IMG/VR virus record: IMGVR_UViG_3300036778_000017
Location: 9,981-73,980 of that record
DNA: 64,000 bases
Reading direction: 5' to 3' (one strand)
Source of the DNA: a virus
Lineage: Duplodnaviria > Caudoviricetes
Shown here: one piece after another, positions 8,743-18,001 of the stretch
How the letters are laid out: every line of letters begins with the position of its first letter
How positions within the stretch are numbered: the first letter of the stretch is position 1
Translations under genes and position numbers: made by a program
The notes under the pieces: generated by a model
Database searches by the model: none
What the model was told of the DNA's origin: nothing
What the model saw: the letters and a program-made list of their open reading frames with translations, nothing else

Positions 8743-9465
8743 CTATTCTGCTGGTGCGGCACCCCCGATCGTGCTCCGCCCGGGCGGGGGCAGATGGTGT
8801 GTCGTGAAGTGTGCGATCATGGTCGCGAGCTCCACCTTCGCCTCGTCGCGAAGCTTCTGCGTCTCCTCGTTGTCCGTCTCCTGCTTCAGGCGACCAAGCC
8901 CGCTCTCGACGCTCTCCATCACCTCCTCACGTGTCGCTCGTCTGCGCTGCGCGTACCAGCGTATCGGCTCGGTCGGCTCGCCCATGCGTATCAGCACGCG
9001 ACCATCGTGGTCCTGGAACGGCGTCAGCTTGTTCGTGATAAGGACCGCTGTCACGCCCGGATTGCGCATGATGCCGATGCCAGCCGGAGCCTGATGTCCC
9101 TCCGGCAGGTCCACGGCGTTGCGCTTCATGCGAGGCTGTGCGAGGAACGGACAGGCGATAGCCGCGTACTCTGCGCACGACAGATGACACGGCGGCTCTG
9201 CGCTGGTCTTGGTGATAACGCACATGGGGCCGGCGACGAACACCAGCTTCTTGCCGAGAGGCTGGCCACATATCCAGCACAGTCGATCCCTCATGCACCT
9301 GAACTGTGTCTCTGGTGGCACCACTCGCAGGTCCCACTCGCCGTCCACCTTGGCGGCGAAGAACGGAACTGGATAGCCCTGCCTAGTGACGGGCCGCTCC
9401 CGTAGATTGTCTGGGAGCGGTATCTCTCGGATGCTGGTGTTCAGCATGTCTGTCGTGATCTTCAT
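8743..9465 (-). CDS. conserved Cys/His-rich hypothetical protein
   Basis: CWICG..EPPCHLSCAEYAAIACPFL putative Zn-binding pattern; start refined to MKITTD. Confidence 0.7.
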   Translation of the reverse strand: MKITTDMLNTSIREIPLPDNLRERPVTRQGYPVPFFAAKVDGEWDLRVVPPETQFRCMRDRLCWICGQPLGKKLVFVAGPMCVITKTSAEPPCHLSCAEYAAIACPFLAQPRMKRNAVDLPEGHQAPAGIGIMRNPGVTAVLITNKLTPFQDHDGRVLIRMGEPTEPIRWYAQRRRATREEVMESVESGLGRLKQETDNEETQKLRDEAKVELATMIAHFTTHHLPPPGRSTIGGAAPAE

Positions 9466-10732
9466 CGGTCGTACTCCGGTGGCTTGCGGCCCAGAACCTT
9501 CCGGGCCCGATTGATGGATGTCTTCATTCGACCGCTCAGCCAGCGCTCGATCTTCCATGCAGGGTAGATCTCTCCACCCGGCAGTGACTCCCACGCATTG
9601 ACGCACTCGTTCAGTGCGTCGAGCAGCCGCTCGCGGCTCGGGCCGTCGCCAGCCTCTATGTTCATGACTTCGGTCCCTCCTGTCCGGGCAGTCCAAAGAC
9701 GATGCCCTCTCCGTGTCTCCACTCGAAGACACAGAAGTCACCGCCGTCGGTGATCATGACCTTCTTCGTCGTGCCGAGGCGTGCTCCGACGCTGTGGCAG
9801 TAGTGCGTCGCCGCCTTCACCGCCTCCTCAGCGCTGACGTGCTGGCGCACGCACTCGTATGTGTCATTGGCGAACCACTGAAACACGCTGAACTCGCCAT
9901 CGGTGCTGAGCCTCGGCTCCTCGGGCAGCGGCCCCGGGTGCTTCGGCAGAAAGTCGTCACTCATGATCTGCTCCTGTTGCTGAGATCGCGAAGGCTGTCG
10001 AGCCAGCCGCACATTCGCAGCATGTTCGACTCGGCGGCGCCGTAGCCTCCGAACGCCTTCTCCTGCATGCACTCGCGAGCAGAGCCGCCGCGCTGATGTA
10101 TCCGGCGGCCCTCCTCGTATATGGTGTCCAGCTTCACCAGCATGCGGGGCAGTCCGAGATTGATGCTCCCATCCCGCTCCTTCGCCAGCTGCGTCTTCTC
10201 CTCGTCCGACGGCTCGACGCGACCGAGGTCATCGAGTTCATCTATGATCGGTGTCCAGTTGAACCAGTGTCGGCACTTCTGGTTCGCGCACTGAATGTTC
10301 GTGGACATCCCACCGCTGGCCCCCTCGTAGAACTCCGTGCCTCCACAGTACTTGCACTTCGGCATCTCACGAATCCTCCTTCTGTCTCCTGCGCCTCGGC
10401 ACTATCACAGGCGCGCTTCCGTCCATGAACTTCTCTACAGACTTCCTGACCTCTTCGAGATCACCGATGTCGGTGGCAGGCTCGAAGCGCTCCTCCCAGA
10501 ACCCGGCCTCGGCCATCACGCCGGATGGCCAGCGTATCTTTCGATTGCGTATCTCCTGCACCGTGATGAACGTCAGCCAGCCGAGGTTCGGCGTGTTGCT
10601 GTCCATCATGGAGCGGACCACGTAGCGCCCGCCAGCCCGGGGCCACGTGAGCCCCGGGTAGCGTCGTACTACACCACGGAACAGCTGGTCATTGACGCAG
10701 ATGACGGGCTGTCCGATGTAGAACAGCGGCAT
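9462..10732 (-). other. four small hypothetical genes (9462-~9665, 9662-~9964, 9961-10365 Zn-ribbon, 10367-10732)
   Basis: coupled minus-strand ORFs; CKYC..CANQKC in 9961-10365. Confidence 0.6.
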
Positions 10733-10733
10733 G

Positions 10734-11105
10734 TCACGCCCTCTTTCGCTTCTTGACCTTCTTCGGTTCCGCGGCCCGCGCCTTCTGCACGCGAGCTCGG
10801 TCCTTCTTGTTGAACGCCTTGGCGAAGGGCAACTCCTCCTCGACGTTCAGCCTCCGGGCCGGTCGGAACACGCGCTCGTATCCGACCGCTGTCACGATGC
10901 CCATGACGGTGGCATTGTGCGGTCTGCGCGTGCTGCCGTAGAACAGGGCGTCCAGCGTGGCGTAGCTCAGGTTCGCCAGCACTGCCACCTTCTGCAGTCC
11001 CTTCTTGGACATGAGGCCGACATCAGACAGCACCGTCTGGAGCTCGTCCTTCACCGGATCCTTGTCAGTGAACCGATATGTTCTGAGTATCTTGTGTGCT
11101 GCCAA
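10734..11105 (-). CDS. XRE-like helix-turn-helix protein
   Basis: LQKVAVLANLSYATLDALFYGSTRRPHNATVMGIVTAVG matches the HTH_3-type pattern. Confidence 0.6.
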   Translation of the reverse strand: MAAHKILRTYRFTDKDPVKDELQTVLSDVGLMSKKGLQKVAVLANLSYATLDALFYGSTRRPHNATVMGIVTAVGYERVFRPARRLNVEEELPFAKAFNKKDRARVQKARAAEPKKVKKRKRA

Positions 11106-11507
11106 CTATGCCTCCTGTATCTGGCAGGCGGTCTGGAACCGTTTCCGCCCCTTCATGGTGATGCGGTAGCGAACATTCTGTCCGTCACCGCTGCGCAAGA
11201 TCTCCTTCTCCCTCCACAGTTCGTTGAGCGTGGAGGGAAGCGTCGAGCCCTTCTTGCCCGACGCCTCCAGCACGAGGACCAGCTGCGGCCGCGACATGGA
11301 ATTCTTCGCAGCGTTCAGTGCTCCAAGCACGAGGCAGGCCGCTGACTGCGCCCCGCCCTTCTTCTGACCCGAGGTCTTGCCGGGCCGCTTCACGGTGTCG
11401 CTGACGATAGTCAGACGTGCGACACCCTTGGTCGTGTCGAGCATGCGAAACACATGCCCGAACGCGATCTCCTCGACGTCCACGAGGAGTTGCATGGGCT
11501 TCGGCAC
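11106..11507 (-). CDS. putative winged-helix DNA-binding protein
   Basis: basic; STLNELWREKEILRSGDGQNVRYRIT resembles a wHTH wing. Confidence 0.45.
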   Translation of the reverse strand: MPKPMQLLVDVEEIAFGHVFRMLDTTKGVARLTIVSDTVKRPGKTSGQKKGGAQSAACLVLGALNAAKNSMSRPQLVLVLEASGKKGSTLPSTLNELWREKEILRSGDGQNVRYRITMKGRKRFQTACQIQEA

Positions 11508-11908
11508 TATGCCGCAGCCCGATGGACGCTCAGCGTCTTTGCGAAGTCCACGATGGCCTGCTGAAGCTCAGGCCGCAGTGCCATCGTGTTCTCGAGCAGC
11601 TGGTGGCCGATGCGCGTGGCCATGAACTTCGCGATCGCCTCGCCCCTCGAGTTCGGCTTGTAGTCCGCCTCCTCCAGGAAGTACGCGATCGGCTTGCCCA
11701 GCGCCGTGCTGATCTGCCGGAGGCGCACACCACTTGCGCGGTTCACGCCCTTCTCGTACTTCTGCACCTGCTGAAAGCTGACGCCCAGCACGTTGCCGAG
11801 ATCTGACTGAGAGATCTTGGCATCAAGCCGAGCGGTCCTGATCTTCAGGCCGATCACCTTGTCCGCGGACGTCGCCGAACGCTGCTTCAACTTCTTCTTG
11901 GTAGTCAT
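11507..11908 (-). CDS. XRE-family (Cro/CI-type) transcriptional regulator
   Basis: IGLKIRTARLDAKISQSDLGNVLGVSFQQVQKYEKGVNR is a canonical HTH_3 seen in alphaproteobacteria. Confidence 0.92.
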   Translation of the reverse strand: MTTKKKLKQRSATSADKVIGLKIRTARLDAKISQSDLGNVLGVSFQQVQKYEKGVNRASGVRLRQISTALGKPIAYFLEEADYKPNSRGEAIAKFMATRIGHQLLENTMALRPELQQAIVDFAKTLSVHRAAA

Positions 11909-12940
11909 GCTGTTCTCCTTCGGTCACAGCTAGTGGACGTTCGCTTGGATCATAACCCGCGAAGCGAACCAGACGCGGTTCTTCAGTAGCTCCGAGACGA
12001 CGGGCACGCCTCATCTCGGTACGTCGCTCGGACTGCTTCTTCATCTGCCGAGCTCGGTACTCCTTGACAGCGACTGGACGACAGAGCTCACAGTACTTGT
12101 GCGCCTTGGTCGTGTACTCGCTGGTGAAATCACTGTGGCACTTCTTGCACGTCACGGTGATGCGCCGCACGACCATGTTGCGGCCATCCTTGGTCGAGCT
12201 CGTGCCGTGCACGTTGGTCACCGCTGGATCTCCTCGGTGGTCAGCAGAACAACCTCCGCATCCTTCCAGCGGTTCGGCCAGTCCTGCGCTATCTCCACGC
12301 ACTCCTTGTTGAAATTGTCCCGATAGTACGTGTCGTTGTCGGGGACATCGATCTCCATGACCACGCGGAGACGCTGCTTCGCCTCCCGCGCCGGACCTAT
12401 CAGCGTCTCCGACCCCCGCTCGCGCCGTGAACGGGGGCCGCCGCGCCGGGCGATCGGTGCGGGTTTCTTCCTGCTGTCCTTCATCGGTCTCCTCCTCTCC
12501 TCATGACATAGTGGCGCTCGCAGAAATCCTTGCAGTCCTCGATGCGAGCCTTGTAGATGGTGCCGCGCTTCGAGCGAAGCCACTGGTCACCATAGCGCGG
12601 GAAGAACTTCTGGGAGGTGCCGTTCACCCGGACGCACGTGTAGCGCACGCCCTCCGGTGTCCGTGCCTCCCACTGCTCAGTGCTGCTCGCTGACCGCGTC
12701 CAATCGAATATGCGATCAGTGCTCGACATTCATGCCCTCCCGCCAGTAGTGGAAGGACAGCCCGATGCTCACGAGGCTGAACGCGAAGATGGAGGCCCGA
12801 CCCGGGTCGTCATCTATGAACCACGTGTTGCCCTGAGACATCAACATCGGGACAGGGCGCTGCCCCTTGATCAGGTACGCGAGTAGCTCGATCTTCTTCG
12901 CGTCTGATCCCTCTGACTCTATCCGAAAACAGTAACGCAT
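11823..12940 (-). other. four small hypothetical genes (Zn-ribbon protein, 12218-~12485, 12481-12729, 12716-12940)
   Basis: overlapping minus-strand ORFs; CKKC..CELC motif; exact starts uncertain. Confidence 0.5.
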
Positions 12941-12941
12941 G

Positions 12942-13613
12942 TCACTCCATTCCCTTCACCTGCACGCACTTCGCCTTGACGGCGTTTGCCAGAGTGGTTG
13001 GATTGCCACCCTGCTTTATGAAGTCCTCGACGGTCTTGCCGTCGTGCTGGTACAGCAACGTCCAGCGCGCGAACGGCGCGGAGCCCTCCTTCTTCGGATT
13101 GGGCTTCAGCACCTTGATCTTGCTCTCCATCGGGAGCGCAAGCTTCTCGGCCCTCACCTCCGACTTGTTCTTCAGGTCCGTGCGCGTGGTCTTCACTCGA
13201 ACGCCCTTGGCGTCCATGTCCGTCTTGCGCGGCAGCGCCCACGGGTAGATATCTGCAATCGCCTTCTGGCTGGTCGCGCTCAGCTTCTTGAACAGGGCCA
13301 CGTCGCGGTCGCCCTTGTCCACGTAGTCGAGCATCGCTCGGTGGTCCTTCTGCACCTCCGGGTCCGGCTTGCCAGCACGCGCCAGCTTCTTCGCGTCCTC
13401 GAGGTTCTTGCGTGCGCCGATTGGCTTCATGTCGCGATACACGTAGAATGTCTTGGACCTGTCCGAGTTCTCTGACATGAGCTTGATGCGCGGCGCGTGC
13501 GACTCGCCGTCTGGAACGTGGTCGAGAGACCACTTGTCCTTGTCTGTCATGGACTGGAGCCAGATCCACTCGCGGGCTCGGTCCTTTAGAACTTTCAGTG
13601 CTGCCTTGGCCAC
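12942..13613 (-). CDS. basic hypothetical protein; C-terminal domain paralogous to 7986-8654
   Basis: NPKKEGSAPFARW..GKTVEDFIKQGG; AAGGAG RBS. Confidence 0.75.
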   Translation of the reverse strand: MAKAALKVLKDRAREWIWLQSMTDKDKWSLDHVPDGESHAPRIKLMSENSDRSKTFYVYRDMKPIGARKNLEDAKKLARAGKPDPEVQKDHRAMLDYVDKGDRDVALFKKLSATSQKAIADIYPWALPRKTDMDAKGVRVKTTRTDLKNKSEVRAEKLALPMESKIKVLKPNPKKEGSAPFARWTLLYQHDGKTVEDFIKQGGNPTTLANAVKAKCVQVKGME

Positions 13614-13745
13614 TTCCCTACTCCTTGTTGAACCTACACGTGCAGACCGTGCTCGGTATGCCCATGGCCTGCTTGAAGTCGCAGTAGTGCGCGACTATGA
13701 TGTATCCAATCAGGGCGATCCACCCTGCCTCGCGAAGCAGGCGCA

Positions 13746-14471
13746 TCACTGCTTTCCGATGGCGAGACGGCCCGCGCCCTTGTCCTTGCCGACCTGAGTG
13801 TGCAGCCCGATGTCATCAGCGGCTCTGCGACCCAGCACGGCGTGCAGGCCGTGCTTCAGCTTGGACTTCTTGGCGTGCTTACTCTCGAAGCCCTTGGCTG
13901 CCTGCACTGACTCGATCAGGGCCTTCTCGCTGGTGAACAGCGCGGGCAGGTTCAGCGGGTTCTCGCCGCTCCACTGCGGCTTGTCCGCCTGCATGGCGCG
14001 TGCTGTCATCTCGTCGAGACGCTCGCACAGCCTGATGAACGCCCCGCGCCGGAAGTCTATCATGTCCTTGTTCTGCGCGCCCCACTGCCGAGCATGATCC
14101 TTGGAGAGACGGATCACGGTGCGCACGAGGTACTGACCCATCTCGACGGCCACGACGACGTTGTGCCTGCGGCCGAAGATGGTCCAGTGTCCACCGCCGC
14201 GCCCGGGTGCAACGCCCTTGCACATATAGAACCGGCAGACGGCCCAGAACAGACGACGCCGCGCGGGGCTGTTGAACTCGTCCTTCTGCGTGAACATGTC
14301 CACGCTATCGTCGTTCTCTGCCCTGACGTTCTCCATCGACAGGTTGTGCCGGGACAGGAGCTCCTGCACCTTGGCCGCGAATGTCGCGGCCTCGTGTTCG
14401 TTGGTCGTGCCCTCGGCCTTGGCCATCAGGGCGCGTATGGTCTTGATCAGCTTGTCACTGATGTCGCTCAC
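13746..14471 (-). CDS. DUF2786-domain protein
   Basis: KLIKTIRALMAKAEGTTNEHEAATFAAKVQELLSRHNL; start refined to GTG 14471. Confidence 0.85.
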   Translation of the reverse strand: MSDISDKLIKTIRALMAKAEGTTNEHEAATFAAKVQELLSRHNLSMENVRAENDDSVDMFTQKDEFNSPARRRLFWAVCRFYMCKGVAPGRGGGHWTIFGRRHNVVVAVEMGQYLVRTVIRLSKDHARQWGAQNKDMIDFRRGAFIRLCERLDEMTARAMQADKPQWSGENPLNLPALFTSEKALIESVQAAKGFESKHAKKSKLKHGLHAVLGRRAADDIGLHTQVGKDKGAGRLAIGKQ

Positions 14472-14563
14472 GTTGGTCTCCACAAGTTTGGGGTTGCAGT
14501 TGCACGCCTGCACACTATAGCGCGGGCCGTGTTCCTGTGCCAGCCGAGGCTGGTCACCATTCT

Positions 14564-15477
14564 TTAGTCCCGGTTCCATCTCCGGTAGGTCCGCGCTTCT
14601 TCCTGCCCTCTGCGCGCGGCCTCGCGGCCCTGCTCGTACAGGTCGTGTCGACGGCCGGGTCGGTACGGATTGGTCTGGTATCGCTTCGGAACATCTCCTT
14701 CGATCGAAGCGATACCCCAGTTCCACGCCTCCTCCGCAGCGTGACCGCTGGTGGTCATGCGCATGAAGCGCTTGAACTCGCGCGTCGAGTGCTGAGGATC
14801 GTACATCATCTCGCGGTGCGTCAGATTGCGCTGTGTCATGGCTGCGCGTGCTCCTGTGCCAGTTCCCTAGCAACGCGCCGCGCCAGATCATCGTCTATCC
14901 CAGCGTCGTGCAGTGCGTCGAACGCCAGTGTATAGACTTCGTCGTAGATGGTGTCAGCACTGGCATCTTCTGCCCATTCCGCATTGCGCTCGACGTTGCC
15001 ACGAGCAATCTCCTTCAGACGCTGCCACTCCGCATCGTCCTGCTTCTTTAGTCGCCTCATCGCCATGTCAGTTCCTCCATGATCTGAGATACTTCACGAC
15101 CTCGGCACAGAACGCCGAGGACCATTGCGTGTTGTCCATCAGTAGATCGCGACGCTGTCCGGAGGAAAGGATGCCGAGATCCCTCTGCGCCTTCTCAATG
15201 ATCTCCTTGGCGCGCTCGACGTCCTCTCGCTCTACCGCCACGGCATAACCCTCCATCCGAACGACGCCCAGCGCTCCGGCGTTGGACTACTGTGGCTCCG
15301 CATCATGAGACGACGCTTGCCGCGTGCCTCGAGATAGCTCATGGTCTCCTGATCTGCTGGCCAGCACGAGTCGTATCGCAGCATGTCCAGCGGAAACGAG
15401 CCAACACCCTCGACGACGAACTCGTAAAGGAAGCGGGGCCGCTCGGTGGCGAGCAGCAGATGCTTCTGAATATTCAT
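14564..15477 (-). other. four small hypothetical genes (14564-14839, 14836-15066, 15068-15256, 15232-15477)
   Basis: abutting ORFs with RBS-like sites; the last has GSFPLDMLRYDSCWP. Confidence 0.6.
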
Positions 15478-15524
15478 GTGATCCTCCAGGGTCGGGGCGG
15501 CTTCTGCCGCCCCTGTCCTCGACT

Positions 15525-15839
15525 TTACTTGCTGCGCTTCACAGCGTGCTTCGCACGGCTGGCGGCTGCGGTCTTCTTGGCGTGCAGCTGCACGATGTCC
15601 GCGGACTTCTTCGCTGCGGTCTTCTTGGCCCCCGCCTTGCGCGCCTTCACCTTGGCCGGAACCTTCCGGGACATGATGAGTTCGTACTTGGCCTTGGCGA
15701 CAGCCGCCTTGCCCTGCAAGAAGCGAACTCGCTTGAGAGCGCGCCGCAGGCGGGGGTCGGCCTTGGTCTCGGATGCGATCGCAGTGTGCAGGGCAGTGAG
15801 AGCCTTGATGACGGCGTCGTACTTGGAAGTGGTGGCCAT
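15525..15839 (-). CDS. small Lys/Ala-rich basic protein
   Basis: MATTSKYD..KARKAGAKKTAAKK; GGAG RBS; preceded by a hairpin element. Confidence 0.7.
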   Translation of the reverse strand: MATTSKYDAVIKALTALHTAIASETKADPRLRRALKRVRFLQGKAAVAKAKYELIMSRKVPAKVKARKAGAKKTAAKKSADIVQLHAKKTAAASRAKHAVKRSK

Positions 15840-15879
15840 TGGATAGTCTCCTTCGTTGATAAGCGCCGCGCACGCGGCG

Positions 15880-15919
15880 GATGCGGAAGTGCATCGTGCT
15901 GCGGCCGCAGGGGCCGCAG
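15880..15919 (-). promoter_or_regulatory. two-hairpin leader element, copy 1
   Basis: GATGCGGAAGTGCATC (15880-15895), 3 nt, then an 8-bp hairpin (15899-15919). Confidence 0.55.
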
Positions 15920-15931
15920 TGTCGATGAACT

Positions 15932-17018
15932 TCACTTGATAACGCGGATGGACTGATAGTTCTCCCACGCGATGGTGCGGAGCGGATTGCCGCCGCCCCA
16001 CACTATGAACTGGCAGGAGACGAAGAACTTCGGAGTGTGGCACTGCGACGGTTGCGTGTTGACGCAGTACATGGTGTAGAACGTGATGAACCCGACGATC
16101 GTGATGAACTTACCCATTGCTTGGCTCCTTCGTGAAGCGGATCGGAAGCGCGCCTGCGCTGATCCAGTGTGACTTGGTCTCTCCGTCATATCGATAGTAG
16201 TACCCGGGCGGATCGTCCGGGCTGTCTCCGTTGTACTCGCCAGTGATCACCACCTTTCTGGTGCCGTGATACAGCGTTGCGCCGACCACGCTCATGACTG
16301 CCTCCGCTTGGCCAGCCAAGCAAGATAGGTGTCCTGCTGGCGCGGGTCGACATACCGTGCGGTCTGTGCCGTCAGGTGCCGAAGCGCCTCGCGCTGTGCG
16401 ATGCGGATGGCCTCTGCAATGATCTCGGCGCGGTTCTTGGTTTCTGCTTCACTCATGAATTGTCTCCTATGTTCGCGATGATGTCGTTGCACTTGTGCCA
16501 CCTGCCGTCCGCGTGCTGGAAGACAGCGACGCGGGCATGCTCGAACGTCTTGGACTTGGTGCGGTACATGCAGATCTGCACGCCAGCGTACTCGTGCACC
16601 TTATCGATGAAGATGGCGCATGATGGATGCGTGCGCTCGATCTCGACCATGAACGCGGCGCGCATGGCCTGAGCGGCGCGGAGCCGGCCGAAGCCAGCCC
16701 CGTCGCCCTGTCCTGCTTTCGGGTTCATCATGTTCACTTCTCCACGATGTGAGGAAGAGCCGACTTCATCTCTTCGGCCCATGCCTTGACGTCGGCAGCT
16801 GCCTGAGCATGCTGCCCGCGCTTGTACTTCTTGCCGGTGATCCCGGACGCTGCCTGAAGCATCTTGGTCGGTGTCCATGCGCGGTTGGGCACGATGCCCG
16901 CCTTTGCGTACAGCGACAGACCGGAAGCGATCGTGAAGGCCCGTATCATCGAGACAGCGTCGGGTCCTGCGAACAGTGTTCCGCCGGTGCTGTGCTTGAC
17001 ATAGCTTTCATTTGACAT
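15932..17018 (-). other. five small early genes (15932-~16120, 16110-~16295, 16292-~16456, 16453-16731, 16734-17018)
   Basis: coupled minus-strand ORFs at the head of the early cluster. Confidence 0.6.
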
Positions 17019-17040
17019 GCCAGTACTCCATTTCGTGGCT

Positions 17041-17079
17041 GATGCGGAAGTGCATCACGGAACAGTGCGGACACTGTTC
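17041..17079 (-). promoter_or_regulatory. two-hairpin leader element, copy 2
   Basis: GATGCGGAAGTGCATC (17041-17056), 3 nt, then gaacagtg-cgga-cactgttc (17060-17079). Confidence 0.55.
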
Positions 17080-17630
17080 TGCGATACACTGCGGAGAGCC
17101 CGGTATATGACCGGGATCTCCGTCAGTGAATTCGGTTACCGTGACACATTGAAGTGGCGGACTATTACGACCAGAAGTAGGAAACCAGCTGCTAGGTGCG
17201 GGGGCTAATGCGCTAATGGGGCGCGGCCTAAATGCGTAGCAACTACCTATCTAACCCTTGCTTGGTTGCTGCCGTGTGTCGCGAGCGCGATCGGAACGGA
17301 CCGGCCACTGAGGGCCCTGAGCAAACCAGATGGAGGCTATCTGGAAGGGTGCTGCCGTGTAGGGGCGTTGGCCGGGCACCAGCCGGTAGGCACAACCTAG
17401 CACGCCCCGGGCGGCCCGGCGACGCACTGGTGGACATGGTTAACAGATCACTGCCAAGGGGCGGCCCGGGGCGACCCAATACGCGCATATATAAAGGCTG
17501 GAGCAGGAGCGGCCCCAAAGTGGCTACAGGGGCAGCGCCCAGCTGCGCGGGCCGCACCAGCGGCCACTCTATGGTCCGCGCGGACCGTCCTGGGACCCGT
17601 GGCGCGGACCCGGGGCGGCCCGACCGGACG

Positions 17631-17646
17631 TTAACCCTTTCTTAAC
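17631..17646 (+). promoter_or_regulatory. CtrA binding site TTAA-N7-TTAAC
   Basis: ttaa ccctttc ttaac, intergenic, in a genome where TTAA is rare. Confidence 0.7.
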
Positions 17647-17748
17647 CACGTTCACAATATCCTCCTAGGCAGGCCCCGGGCAACCCGGGCAGGCTGGTGC
17701 CTGCCCCGCCGCGCTGGTGCGGTTGGGATAACGCAAGGGTAGTAGCCA

Positions 17749-17997
17749 ATGGCCATACGAATGTCGGAGAAGGAAGTGCGGCGCTGGATGAAACACGATC
17801 AGGCAAGCCGCGATGAGATGCTTGGAATATACTGGGAGGCAACGGAGAAGGGAACACGGCACGCCATGCTGACGGAGGGCATGAGGATTGCACATATCCG
17901 GTTCCTTCGTGATCAGCTTCTCGAGTGCATGAAGAAGGGCGAACACCTGTACGTCGAGAAGGGCACACCGAAGCAGGGCAGCAAGCCGATCGTCTGA
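17749..17997 (+). CDS. hypothetical protein, lone + strand gene
   Basis: 82 aa; CtrA box upstream and terminator-like hairpin downstream. Confidence 0.65.
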   Translation: MAIRMSEKEVRRWMKHDQASRDEMLGIYWEATEKGTRHAMLTEGMRIAHIRFLRDQLLECMKKGEHLYVEKGTPKQGSKPIV

Positions 17998-18001
17998 AAA
18001 T

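Noticed and set aside
10734-11908. Temperate immunity region (cI/cro switch)
   Set aside because: The regulators are co-directional, and no integrase or att-like site is visible in the window.
17160-17740. tRNA or known ncRNA in the long GC-rich intergenic regions
   Set aside because: No cloverleaf, T-loop or D-loop motifs seen by eye; an Infernal/tRNAscan run would be needed to exclude this fully.
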